Source of the DNA: an uncultured Candidatus Saccharibacteria bacterium
GTDB taxonomy: Bacteria > Patescibacteriota > Minisyncoccia > Phycocordibacterales > UBA9973
Direction of reading: 5' to 3'
DNA length: 46,096 bases
Assembly (NCBI GenBank): GCA_964554645.1
Contig: CAZKPK010000004.1
Location: forward strand, 1 to 46,096
Position numbers and translations under genes: made by a program. The notes below the pieces were generated by a model. It made no database searches. It saw nothing but the letters and a program-made list of their open reading frames with translations, and was not told the origin of the DNA. Of this stretch, positions 32,868 to 41,723 are shown piece after piece; the first letter of the stretch is position 1, and each line of letters begins with the position of its first letter.

Positions 32868-33284
32868 ATGAAAATAAATGTGAAACAAGATAATGATGAT
32901 TTTGACAAATGGAATGGCATTAAGAAAAATCTTAATGCACGGGAAGTTAATTCAGTATTGTTTCCACAGTTGGGAGAAATTTGGATGTGTGCTCTTGGAA
33001 AAAATATAGGACGCGAACAAAATGGGGGTGGTCAAAATTTTTCTCGTCCAATGCTCGTTATTAAGAAGTTCAATAACGAAATTTTTTGGGTTTTACCACT
33101 ATCTACTAAACAAAAGAAAATAGATTTTTATTATAATTTTATAGATAAAAATAATCAAAATGTTTCAATTGTCATTTCTCAGATCAGACTGATGCATATC
33201 AAAAGATTTGAAAGAAAACTTTACGATATGAAGATGTCAGCTGTTATAGAAATCAAAAAACGATTGCAGGAATATTTAATATAA
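32868..33284 (+). CDS. PemK/MazF-like toxin-fold protein, with no adjacent antitoxin
   Basis: LGEIWMCALGKNIGREQNGGGQNFSRPMLVIKK matches the MazF/PemK pattern G-D/E-I-W...G-x-E-Q-x-G...R-P-x-L-V-I/L. Confidence 0.55.
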   Translation: MKINVKQDNDDFDKWNGIKKNLNAREVNSVLFPQLGEIWMCALGKNIGREQNGGGQNFSRPMLVIKKFNNEIFWVLPLSTKQKKIDFYYNFIDKNNQNVSIVISQIRLMHIKRFERKLYDMKMSAVIEIKKRLQEYLI

Positions 33285-33440
33285 AATCGAAACCCCGCCA
33301 AAAGGCGGGGGATCTCGGAGCCCGAAGGCACTGTATATATCAAATATAACAAACTGAAAATAAATGTCAAGGAAAAAGAGTGGAATTTGGGTAAATAGTG
33401 TAAAATAGAGTTATAAAGTCTGTAAAGTTCATAAAGTAAA

Positions 33441-35669
33441 ATGCAAAACAAAGTAAAAAAAATAATTCCATACTGCCTGATACTACTTATCCTGGTCGGA
33501 CTGTTTAGCCCGCTGGCGGAGGTGAAGGCGCAAATCACCCCAGGAATAGAGCCATCAGCAATAGCAAAAGCACAAGCGGCGGCGCGAGCGGCTTATGAAG
33601 CAGAACAGGTGAGATTAAAGGCAGCGCCGACTGGTGACGCATTTAAGGACGAAGTTTTTGGGGACTGTGGCATTAAACCCTGGACCTGGCCAGCTTGCTT
33701 TTTATCGGTAGGATTCTATTACACCATTTTCCAACTTCCATCTTGGATTCTTTGGCTATCAGCACAATTTTTTGATGTGATGATCAATCTTGGAATAGAT
33801 AGTTCTGTGACGAGAGCTTCAGGTTTTATCCCCGCTGCCTGGGGGGTTACTCGAGACTTTTCAAATATATTTTTCATACTTATTTTACTTTATGTCGCTA
33901 TCCAAACAATCTTGGGAATGGGTCACGAAACTAAGAAAATAATAGTCCGAGTGATAATTATGGCGTTACTCATAAATTTTTCTATGTTTTTTACGAAAGT
34001 GGTTATTGATTCTTCTAATATCTTGGCTTTAGTTTTTTATAACAAACTTGAAATAAAAAATGCAGATGGAACATCTAGACCAAAAGACCCAGCACTTCAA
34101 ACAGGAAAAGATATATCTGGTGCGATGTGGAAAACTTTTGATGCCACTCAATTGATGACACCAAAAACTATAACACTACTAAAAACAACCACAGTTGAAG
34201 GTATTACAAAAGAAGGAAGCACCATACCTCTTTCTTTAAGACTTGGAATAATGGTAATTGCTGGATCCATTATGCTTTTTGCCGCTTATGCATTTTTTGT
34301 AGCTGGTCTTATGTTTATAGGAAGATTAATTGAACTATGGGTCTTAATTATATTCTCCCCTTTTGCATTTATGTCTTGGCCCATACCACTATTAAGAGGT
34401 ACTGACTATATAGGATGGGATAATTGGTCAAAAAGATTGATTGCGACCTCTTTTATGGCGCCGATTTTTATGTTCTTTATATACTTTATATTTATGCTGT
34501 TGCCAAAAATATCTGAATTTACCAGAGGAGATACAACAACAATATTAGGAACTATCTTGGCTATCTTAATCCCAGCAATGATAGTCTTGGCTCTTCTTCT
34601 AAAGGCAACTCATTTTGCAAAGAAAGGTGGTGGACGGTTTGGAGAATTAATCATGAAAGGCGCAAAAATAGCCGGTGGGCTTGCGGTAGGCGCGGCAACG
34701 GGCGGGACGGCGATGCTGGCAGCGGGGACTATAGGAAAATTTGCTTCAAGTATTGCGAACAACGACGCATTAAAAGCAAAAGCTGCTGCGGGAGACAAGG
34801 GGGCGCAAAGAAAACTTGCATTAGCGAATTCTTTTGCAAACAAGAGCTTCGATCTTCGTCAAACTGGATTAGGAAAATTTGTGGGAACCAAAACCGGCAT
34901 GGATTTCAATAAAGGAACAGGAGTTCTGGGATTAGATACAAAGAAATTTGAGGGCGGACGCAAGGCGCAAGAGGAACGTAAAATAGAAGAAGAACAAAAG
35001 AAACAGAAAACATATGAATTAAGTGGAGATGCTGCAATAAAACAAGTTAATCGTAACGCACAATATGAAGAGGATAAAAAAGTTGCTAAACAAGCTGCGC
35101 AAGCCTATGGTTTTGAATTTAACGAAAAAAACTTTAGGGAAGACTATGAAAAGGGAGGAGATATGGCTTCGCACGGATTAAATAAAACAGTTGATAAAGG
35201 AAGCGTTGGAACTACTGCAGAAATTAACGCTGAACGCAGAACAGCTTATGCAAATAGTTTAGACACCCAACGTGAAAAGGAAAAAGCACAAGGAGCAATG
35301 AAAACATTCTGGGAGGAGTGGAAAAAAGGTGCAAAGAAAATGGTAACAACACCGGGCGGTCTCGCAACAACAGCTACACTGGGAGTTACAACTATGGGAA
35401 TAGGAGCTGTGGCATCTATTATAGGTGGAGGATTTTTGCATGCGCTTAAACAAACACTCAGTGTTCGTGCAACAAATGCTGAAGTGGTGGCAGGAGTACG
35501 TAGAGGAGAAGATAAAGATAAAAAACTTTTAAAGTTGCTAGACGAAAGGAGAAAAGAACATGAAGCAGAAACTCACACAGCACCAGCACACCCACCAGCA
35601 ACGCCGACAGCACCAGCTAATTCAGCCCCATCGCATCCATCGGCAGGAAGTGGAGGTGGGCATCCTTAA
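33441..35669 (+). CDS. TrbL/VirB6-like polytopic membrane protein with a Lys/Ala- and Pro-rich C-terminal tail
   Basis: Signal peptide MQNKVKKIIPYCLILLILVGLFSPLAEVKAQ, about 7 TM helices, and a long hydrophilic tail ending in APAHPPATPTAPANSAPSHPS. Lies in a cluster with PrgI/VirB4. Confidence 0.6.
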   Translation: MQNKVKKIIPYCLILLILVGLFSPLAEVKAQITPGIEPSAIAKAQAAARAAYEAEQVRLKAAPTGDAFKDEVFGDCGIKPWTWPACFLSVGFYYTIFQLPSWILWLSAQFFDVMINLGIDSSVTRASGFIPAAWGVTRDFSNIFFILILLYVAIQTILGMGHETKKIIVRVIIMALLINFSMFFTKVVIDSSNILALVFYNKLEIKNADGTSRPKDPALQTGKDISGAMWKTFDATQLMTPKTITLLKTTTVEGITKEGSTIPLSLRLGIMVIAGSIMLFAAYAFFVAGLMFIGRLIELWVLIIFSPFAFMSWPIPLLRGTDYIGWDNWSKRLIATSFMAPIFMFFIYFIFMLLPKISEFTRGDTTTILGTILAILIPAMIVLALLLKATHFAKKGGGRFGELIMKGAKIAGGLAVGAATGGTAMLAAGTIGKFASSIANNDALKAKAAAGDKGAQRKLALANSFANKSFDLRQTGLGKFVGTKTGMDFNKGTGVLGLDTKKFEGGRKAQEERKIEEEQKKQKTYELSGDAAIKQVNRNAQYEEDKKVAKQAAQAYGFEFNEKNFREDYEKGGDMASHGLNKTVDKGSVGTTAEINAERRTAYANSLDTQREKEKAQGAMKTFWEEWKKGAKKMVTTPGGLATTATLGVTTMGIGAVASIIGGGFLHALKQTLSVRATNAEVVAGVRRGEDKDKKLLKLLDERRKEHEAETHTAPAHPPATPTAPANSAPSHPSAGSGGGHP

Positions 35670-35721
35670 GCAACAAATATTAAAAAGTCGATTATAAAAA
35701 ATACAATACAGTTATAAATAC

Positions 35722-36060
35722 TTGACAACGTATATGCCCCACGCTACAATTAAAAATGAGAGCGGCCGAATATTAAAAGAAGTCTCTGGCTTTGAATGGG
35801 ATGCCGGAAATAGGCAGAAAAGCCTTGTAAAACACGAAGTCAGCAACGAGGAATGTGAGGAAACTTTTTTCGATTATAATAAAGAGATACAGAAAGACAT
35901 TTTGCATTCCATAAATGAAGAACGTCATGTTTTAATAGGACAGACCAAAAAAAGGAGATTATTGTATCTAATATTCACCATAAGGAAAAATAAAATAAGG
36001 GTTATCTTTGCCAGAGACCTTAACAAAAAAGAGCGAAAATTATATGGAGAAAAAAATTAA
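35722..36060 (+). CDS. brnT: BrnT-family toxin (DUF497)
   Basis: FEWDAGNRQKSLVKHEVSNEECEETFFD ... ERHVLIGQT..RLLYLIFTIR.NKIRVIFARDLNKKERKLY fits BrnT. TTG start; ATG 35734 is an alternative. Confidence 0.8.
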   Translation: MTTYMPHATIKNESGRILKEVSGFEWDAGNRQKSLVKHEVSNEECEETFFDYNKEIQKDILHSINEERHVLIGQTKKRRLLYLIFTIRKNKIRVIFARDLNKKERKLYGEKN

Positions 36061-36310
36061 AATTCCAAAATTTAAAAATGAAGACGAGGAAAGAAATTTT
36101 TGGCTGAAGTTGGATCTGTCCAAACATTTTGAGAGATTTGACTTTGAGAGAGTATCGTTCCCCAATTTAAAACCTTCTTCTCGGCCTATTTCATTACGCC
36201 TGCCGTCACATTTAATCGCGCGGGTCAAAGAACATGCAAATGAGATAGATATGCCCTATCAGTCATTGATGAAAAAATATATCGCTCAAGGAATATTAAA
36301 AGAAATCTAA
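36044..36310 (+). CDS. brnA: BrnA-family antitoxin
   Basis: ISLRLPSHLIARVKEHANEIDMPYQSLMKKYIAQGI is a CopG/RHH-like BrnA C-terminus. ATG 36044 overlaps the end of brnT. Confidence 0.75.
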   Translation: MEKKIKIPKFKNEDEERNFWLKLDLSKHFERFDFERVSFPNLKPSSRPISLRLPSHLIARVKEHANEIDMPYQSLMKKYIAQGILKEI

Positions 36311-36317
36311 ATATTTT

Positions 36318-37037
36318 ATGGACGATAATATAACAAAAATAATAAAGGAAAAGTTCGATGCCCTACCACAAAGCATTCAGGAAATGATTCTGTCCACCAA
36401 TTATCAAGACACTCTGATAGAAATCGGGAAACAATATCAGTTGAATGTAGAACAAATGGGTATTCTTGAAAGGGAAACCACCCTTGTAATGATGGGGTTA
36501 ACACCCACCAAAAATTTTGAAGTTGAACTAACGCGTGAACTTCATGTTGATAAATTTAAAGGGTCTCAAATCGTCAAAGATATAAATGAAAAAATATTTT
36601 TAAGAATTAGAGAATTATTAAAACTAATGAATACCCCGAAAGGGGAAGAACCATCGCTCGAAAATTCTCCTCCTGAGAAGTACCCCTTAGAGGGAAGTGG
36701 ACAAATCTATCCACCCCGGCTTTCAGCCACCCCTCAAGAGGGGAATAAAAATGATACAACAATTCTAAACAAAGCCGGCATTGAAATTATTCCGGGAAAG
36801 TTAGAACTCGCGAATGGAGAAAAACCAATAGAAAATAGAGAAGACATCTTAAAAAAAATAGAAAAGCCGGAAGAAGTGCATCCGATACTAGCGCAAAAAT
36901 TATCTGGCTCTTTACAAACCCCAGTAATAAAAACAGAACATTCTCTGGAAAATCTTACAAAGACAAACACGCCAATACCACAGAAACCGCAAACCTATCC
37001 TAAAAACTTGGATCCGTATCGCGAAATGCCAGAATAA
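36318..37037 (+). CDS. Hypothetical protein carrying an in-frame palindromic element
   Basis: 239 aa, no family recognised. The element copy lies at 36663-36746. Confidence 0.45.
   Translation: MDDNITKIIKEKFDALPQSIQEMILSTNYQDTLIEIGKQYQLNVEQMGILERETTLVMMGLTPTKNFEVELTRELHVDKFKGSQIVKDINEKIFLRIRELLKLMNTPKGEEPSLENSPPEKYPLEGSGQIYPPRLSATPQEGNKNDTTILNKAGIEIIPGKLELANGEKPIENREDILKKIEKPEEVHPILAQKLSGSLQTPVIKTEHSLENLTKTNTPIPQKPQTYPKNLDPYREMPE
36663..36746 (+). repeat. Palindromic repeat element family, copy 2 (84 nt = 28 codons, in frame)
   Basis: aattctcctcctgagaagtaccccttagagggaagtgg...ccacccctcaagaggggaat. Same orientation and reading frame as copy 1; encodes NSPPEKYPLEGSGQIYPPRLSATPQEGN. Confidence 0.8.
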
Positions 37038-37114
37038 TTACGAATTATCAATTAATGTTCTATAATGAAGTGTGGCTGTTGATTATTCGTAATTGTTAAT
37101 TCGTAATTAATTTT

Positions 37115-37528
37115 ATGCAGTTTAAGGTTCCACAATTTTTGGACATAGAGGATAAGATTTTCGGTCCGTTCACTTTTAAAGAGTTCGTTTATTTGGCGGG
37201 CGGAGCGGGTTTATGCTTCGTGCTTTATAAATTATTGGGACTGGTCCTGGGCGCCATACCAATCTTAGCGGTGGCGGGGCTTTCCATCGCTCTGGCCCGC
37301 TATCGGCCAAACAACAAACCTTTCATCAATATGATTGGAGCGGGATTTAATTATTTTGCGCAGAATAAGCTCTACATCTGGGAAAGACGCAAGAACACAA
37401 TTAAGAATGACAAGTCGCGAATTGCGAGTGAAAATAAAAATATTATTGATAGAGAGACAGTAAGATTGGGCGGGAACAAGCTGCGGGATTTGGCTTGGAG
37501 CTTAGATGTGCTAGATTTAAAAAAATAA
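37115..37528 (+). CDS. PrgI-family (VirB3-like) T4SS membrane protein
   Basis: MQFKVPQFLDIEDKIFGPFTFKEFVYLAGGAGLCFVLY is the characteristic PrgI N-terminus followed by two TM helices. Lies directly upstream of VirB4. Confidence 0.7.
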   Translation: MQFKVPQFLDIEDKIFGPFTFKEFVYLAGGAGLCFVLYKLLGLVLGAIPILAVAGLSIALARYRPNNKPFINMIGAGFNYFAQNKLYIWERRKNTIKNDKSRIASENKNIIDRETVRLGGNKLRDLAWSLDVLDLKK

Positions 37529-37583
37529 TATTTTTTTAAATCAGTTATAAAGTAAAAAAAAGTTTATAAAGTAGAAAAAGAAA

Positions 37584-38222
37584 ATGTTAAAAGCAAAAGC
37601 AACTCAAGAGTTTGTGCCAATCAAGGAAGTCCGCGACGGAGTAATTGTGCTGAAAGATGGCGGACTGCGGGCAATTATACTTGCCAACTCGGTCAATCTA
37701 TCTTTAAAATCGGACGATGAACAAAAAGCGACCATCCTTCAATTCCAGAGTTTTCTTAATACTTTGGATTTTGCCATCCAAATATCAGTCCAATCAAGAA
37801 GACTGGATATCCGACCTTATCTTTTGCTTTTGGAAGACAGGGTAAAAGTGCAAAGCGAGCCCTTGCTTAAGTTGCAGACCAAAGAATACATAGAATTCAT
37901 TAAGAATTTCACCGATTCAGTGAGCATAATGACCAAAAGTTTTTTTGTGGTAGTTCCATATACTCACACGATCCTGAAATCAGATTCCGGAATATTAAAA
38001 CGTTTCTTTGGGAGAAAAAATAAAGAAGAGGAAAAAATAGCCAAGCAAGAAGATTTTGAGGAAAAGAGGTCTCAGTTGGAAGAAAGGGTAAGCGTAATCC
38101 AGCAAGGGCTCAGTCGCTGTGGCATAAAATCCGTCCAGTTGGGCACCGAAGAGGTGGTGGAGGTGTTTTATAAAGTTTTCAACCCGGGAGAAGTGGAGGG
38201 GAAAATTAAGCTAGAAGCTTAA
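37584..38222 (+). CDS. VirB4-like ATPase, N-terminal domain encoded as a separate ORF
   Basis: ATQEFVPIKEVRDGVIVLKDGGLRAIILANSVNLSLKSDDEQKATILQFQSFLNTL matches the N-terminus of Gram-positive VirB4 (Tn916 Orf16/CD1110-type: QDTIPY..V..NGII....G.....Y.L..INF.....EEQ..I...Y...LN). Confidence 0.6.
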   Translation: MLKAKATQEFVPIKEVRDGVIVLKDGGLRAIILANSVNLSLKSDDEQKATILQFQSFLNTLDFAIQISVQSRRLDIRPYLLLLEDRVKVQSEPLLKLQTKEYIEFIKNFTDSVSIMTKSFFVVVPYTHTILKSDSGILKRFFGRKNKEEEKIAKQEDFEEKRSQLEERVSVIQQGLSRCGIKSVQLGTEEVVEVFYKVFNPGEVEGKIKLEA

Positions 38223-38239
38223 TTTTCAAGTAAAAATAT

Positions 38240-40081
38240 ATGTCAATATTGGATAAACTGTTCAAAAAAAGTAGCGCAAATATAAGTAATGATGTAAAAG
38301 TATCAGTCTTGGCGGTCTTGCCGGAACAAATCTATGAATCGGCCAGCTTGGAACTTCAAGATGTCATCGCGCCTTCGGCGCTCAAAATTGAACCAAAATC
38401 CATAAACTTGGGCGACAAAATCGCCCGCACATTTTTCATAATATCTTACCCGCGATTTTTGACGGATAACTGGTTTTCCCCAATAATCAATTTGGACAAG
38501 GTTTTTGATATTTCAATTTTCATCCACCCAATTGATACATCTTTGATGTTGCGACAATTCCAGAAAAAAGTCGCGGAAGTGCAAAGCCAAATAAGTGTGC
38601 GGGAAACAAAAGGGATGGTGCGCGACCCGATGCTGGACACCTCTTACCAAGATCTGGAAAGGCTTCGCGACAGCTTGATTCAGGCGCAAGAAAAAATGTT
38701 TGATGTGGGTATTTATATAACTATCTATGCTGATAACGACTTGGAATTATTCAAAACGGAAAATGAAATAAAATCAATGCTGGAATCAAAACTGATCTAC
38801 ATCAAACCGGCACTTTTTCAGCAGGAAGACGGCTTCAAGAGCGTGATCCCGACCAACACTGATTTGCTGAATATCCACCAGAAATTAAATTCGGAACCGC
38901 TTTCCAGCGTTTTCCCATTCATCTCTTTTGATCTTACCTCCGATAAAGGAATACTTTACGGCATCAACCGGCACAATTCAAGTTTGGTCATTTTTGACAG
39001 ATTTTCTCTGGAGAATTATAACTCGGTGACATTTGCCAAGGCTGGTTCGGGCAAATCATACGCGGCAAAATTGGAAATTCTTCGATCTTTAATGTTTGAC
39101 ACGGATGTGATAGTCATCGATCCGGAACGAGAATATGAATTCTTGTCGGAAGCGGTGGGTGGACGATATTTTAACATTTCACTTTCTTCCGATCACCATA
39201 TCAATCCTTTTGATCTGCCAATACCGCGCGAAGACGAAACAGCCGAAGACGTTTTGCGCTCAAACATTATCAACTTAGTCGGACTTTTCCGATTGATGTT
39301 GGGAGGACTCACGCCCGAGGAAGATTCAATGGTGGATCGAGCCATTTCCGAAACTTATGCCATCAAGGATATTACTCCGGAATCAGATTTTTCCAATATT
39401 AAGCCTCCGCTTCTTTCAGATTTTGAAATGGTGCTGGGAGGAATGGAAGGAAGCGATTCGGTTGTGCAACGTTTGGTAAAATACACAAAGGGCTCTTGGG
39501 CAACCTTTTTAAATAGGCCAAGCAATGTGGATATCAACAAAAAGTTTATCGTTTTTTCAGTTCGCGATATGGAAGATGAATTAAAACCGGTCGCAATGTA
39601 TATAATTATGCATTACATCTGGAATGCGATACGGAAAAATCTAAAAAAACGTTTATTGGTTGTTGATGAAGCTTGGTGGATGATGAAATCTGAAGACACC
39701 GCTTCTTTCCTTTATTCTATCGCCAAAAGAGGCAGAAAATATTATTTAGGCCTTTCCACGATCACCCAAGACGCGGCTGATTTTATGAATTCTCCTTATG
39801 GCGTGCCGATAATCACCAACTCTTCCATCCAACTCCTCTTGAAACAGTCGCCTACCACGATTGATATTTTGCAAAAAAGTTTTAATTTGACTGATGAAGA
39901 AAAATATCTTCTTTTGGAATCCGGCATCGGGGAAGGCATATTTTTCGCGGGCTTAAAACATGTTGCCATAAAAATAATCGCCTCTTATACGGAAGACCAG
40001 ATTATAACCTCTGATCCTTCGCAAATATTATCTAATAGAAAAGCGAAAGAAGAACAAGAAATGGCAGAGATGAAAAGTTAG
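38240..40081 (+). CDS. VirB4/TraC-like T4SS ATPase (central and ATPase domains)
   Basis: IARTFFIISYPRFLTDNWFSPIINLD, Walker A FAKAGSGKSYAAK, Walker B RLLVVDEAWWMM, STITQDAADF. Confidence 0.88.
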   Translation: MSILDKLFKKSSANISNDVKVSVLAVLPEQIYESASLELQDVIAPSALKIEPKSINLGDKIARTFFIISYPRFLTDNWFSPIINLDKVFDISIFIHPIDTSLMLRQFQKKVAEVQSQISVRETKGMVRDPMLDTSYQDLERLRDSLIQAQEKMFDVGIYITIYADNDLELFKTENEIKSMLESKLIYIKPALFQQEDGFKSVIPTNTDLLNIHQKLNSEPLSSVFPFISFDLTSDKGILYGINRHNSSLVIFDRFSLENYNSVTFAKAGSGKSYAAKLEILRSLMFDTDVIVIDPEREYEFLSEAVGGRYFNISLSSDHHINPFDLPIPREDETAEDVLRSNIINLVGLFRLMLGGLTPEEDSMVDRAISETYAIKDITPESDFSNIKPPLLSDFEMVLGGMEGSDSVVQRLVKYTKGSWATFLNRPSNVDINKKFIVFSVRDMEDELKPVAMYIIMHYIWNAIRKNLKKRLLVVDEAWWMMKSEDTASFLYSIAKRGRKYYLGLSTITQDAADFMNSPYGVPIITNSSIQLLLKQSPTTIDILQKSFNLTDEEKYLLLESGIGEGIFFAGLKHVAIKIIASYTEDQIITSDPSQILSNRKAKEEQEMAEMKS

Positions 40082-40120
40082 TCATCAACTTAAAAGTGCA
40101 AAGTTGTAAAGTGAATATGA

Positions 40121-40126
40121 TATAAT
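40121..40126 (+). promoter_or_regulatory. Extended -10 (TGaTATAAT) 6 nt upstream of ATG 40133
   Basis: tgatataat taaact ATG. Confidence 0.45.
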
Positions 40127-40132
40127 TAAACT

Positions 40133-41119
40133 ATGAGGTTAAAATTCTTATCGTTATATTTGATTGCAACATTCGCGTTATTGGGGGTAATTCTCATGCC
40201 CCAAACAGGCACTGCCCAATCTAGCGGCATCTTGGTTAACATCGCACCTCCCAGCCCAGCTCCATATGAAAACACCAGTATTACTTTGAAAAGTTATGAG
40301 TATAATCTGGATACTGTTTTGATCGCTTGGTCGGTGGATGGTAAAAGTGTTTCGTCCGGGATCGGAAAAAAATCTTTTTCTGTAAACGCTCCCGGCGCCG
40401 GCTTGGAAACAAGCGTCAGCGCCACGCTATCTCTGCCAGATGGAGTAGTGGAAAAAAAAATAACAATCAAGCCGACCATTATGGTATTGCTTTGGCAAGC
40501 GAACGATTCTTATGTCCCGCCATTTTATAAAGGCAAGGCTTTGCCGACACCCGACAGCGAAGTAAAAGTGATCGCGATGCCCGAAATAAGAGCTGGTTCT
40601 GGCTTAGTTGATCCACAAAATATGACTTATTCTTGGAAAAAAGATTATACCAACAATGTGGACGGCTCAGGTTATGGTAAAAACTTTTTTCTTTACATTA
40701 ATGATTATTTGGACGATTCAAATAATATATCGGTGGCAGTTTCAACCGTGGATCAGAACTATTCAAGCCAGGCAAACATAGATATAGGAACGACGCAGCC
40801 GAAAATACTGTTCTACAAAAACGACAATATATTCGGAACTCTTTGGAATATGGCGCTGACCGATACCTATAAAATACAAGGAGAGGGGATAGTGGAGGCG
40901 GTGCCTTATTTTATCTCGCCAAAAGAAATCCAAAATCCGACGTTAATATGGAGCTGGTCTATTAACGATAGCCCAGTAAGCTTAACAAGCTTCAAAAAAA
41001 ATTTAATGCCGCTTCAAGTAGAAGCGGGAACACACGGGACATCTAAACTAGGGCTTAGTATTGAAAATCAAGACAAAATTTTTCAGACAACCAACAAGGA
41101 AATAAATATAGAATTCTAA
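40133..41119 (+). CDS. Secreted beta-rich hypothetical protein of the T4SS-like cluster
   Basis: Signal peptide MRLKFLSLYLIATFALLGVILMPQTGTAQS. No family recognised. Confidence 0.45.
   Translation: MRLKFLSLYLIATFALLGVILMPQTGTAQSSGILVNIAPPSPAPYENTSITLKSYEYNLDTVLIAWSVDGKSVSSGIGKKSFSVNAPGAGLETSVSATLSLPDGVVEKKITIKPTIMVLLWQANDSYVPPFYKGKALPTPDSEVKVIAMPEIRAGSGLVDPQNMTYSWKKDYTNNVDGSGYGKNFFLYINDYLDDSNNISVAVSTVDQNYSSQANIDIGTTQPKILFYKNDNIFGTLWNMALTDTYKIQGEGIVEAVPYFISPKEIQNPTLIWSWSINDSPVSLTSFKKNLMPLQVEAGTHGTSKLGLSIENQDKIFQTTNKEINIEF
41099..41119 (+). repeat. Left 21-nt direct repeat flanking the NYN cassette (3' end and stop codon of the preceding gene)
   Basis: gaaataaatatagaattctaa versus gaaataagtatagaattctaa at 41724-41744 (20/21). 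Confidence 0.75.
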
Positions 41120-41125
41120 TTTTTT

Positions 41126-41647
41126 ATGAAAAATGTAAATAAAAATTATGCCTTCATAGATGCTCAAAATGTTCATTTAGGTATTTTGGAGTTCGGTTGG
41201 AAAATTGATTGGAAGAAATTTAGAATTTGGCTTAGAAATAAATTCGGCATTGAAAAAGCTTTAATATTTATCGGATATAATAAAGGCAATGAAAGTCTCT
41301 ACGCTTTTTTACAACATGCCGGATTTGTCTGCATTTTCAAACCAACTCTTGCATACAAAGATGGAACGGTGAAAGGCAACTGTGATGCAGAACTAGTTTT
41401 ACATTCTGCCGCTATTGAATTTGAAAATTATAATAAAGCTGTTATAGTTTCAGGTGATGGCGATTTTGCCTGCTTAATAGAATTTTTACAAGAAAAAAAT
41501 AAACTTGAAATGCTTGTCGTGCCAAACGAAAATAAATACTCCGCCTTGTTAAAAAGATTCAACACATCGAAGAAAAAATTTATTTTATTTCTTAACAGAG
41601 AAAGAACGAAAATAGAATATAGTCCCACAAATGAAAAGGGCGCATAA
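41126..41647 (+). CDS. NYN-domain (LabA-like) protein, second copy of the fold in the window
   Basis: YAFIDAQNVHLGI ... VIVSGDGDFACLIEFLQ. Confidence 0.8.
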   Translation: MKNVNKNYAFIDAQNVHLGILEFGWKIDWKKFRIWLRNKFGIEKALIFIGYNKGNESLYAFLQHAGFVCIFKPTLAYKDGTVKGNCDAELVLHSAAIEFENYNKAVIVSGDGDFACLIEFLQEKNKLEMLVVPNENKYSALLKRFNTSKKKFILFLNRERTKIEYSPTNEKGA

Positions 41648-41723
41648 AGCATAAAGCCATATGCAGCCTTCTCGTGATGATGCAACCATTATACACCAGT
41701 ATGAAAATAAAAGTCAAGCAAAT

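Noticed and set aside
33221-33538. A 105-aa minus-strand ORF between the MazF-like and TrbL-like genes, considered as a possible antitoxin
   Set aside because: It overlaps the 3' end of the MazF-like gene and the 5' end of the TrbL-like gene in antisense. It is hydrophobic and low-complexity and has no RBS or promoter context. A small antitoxin or antisense RNA in this spacer cannot be excluded.
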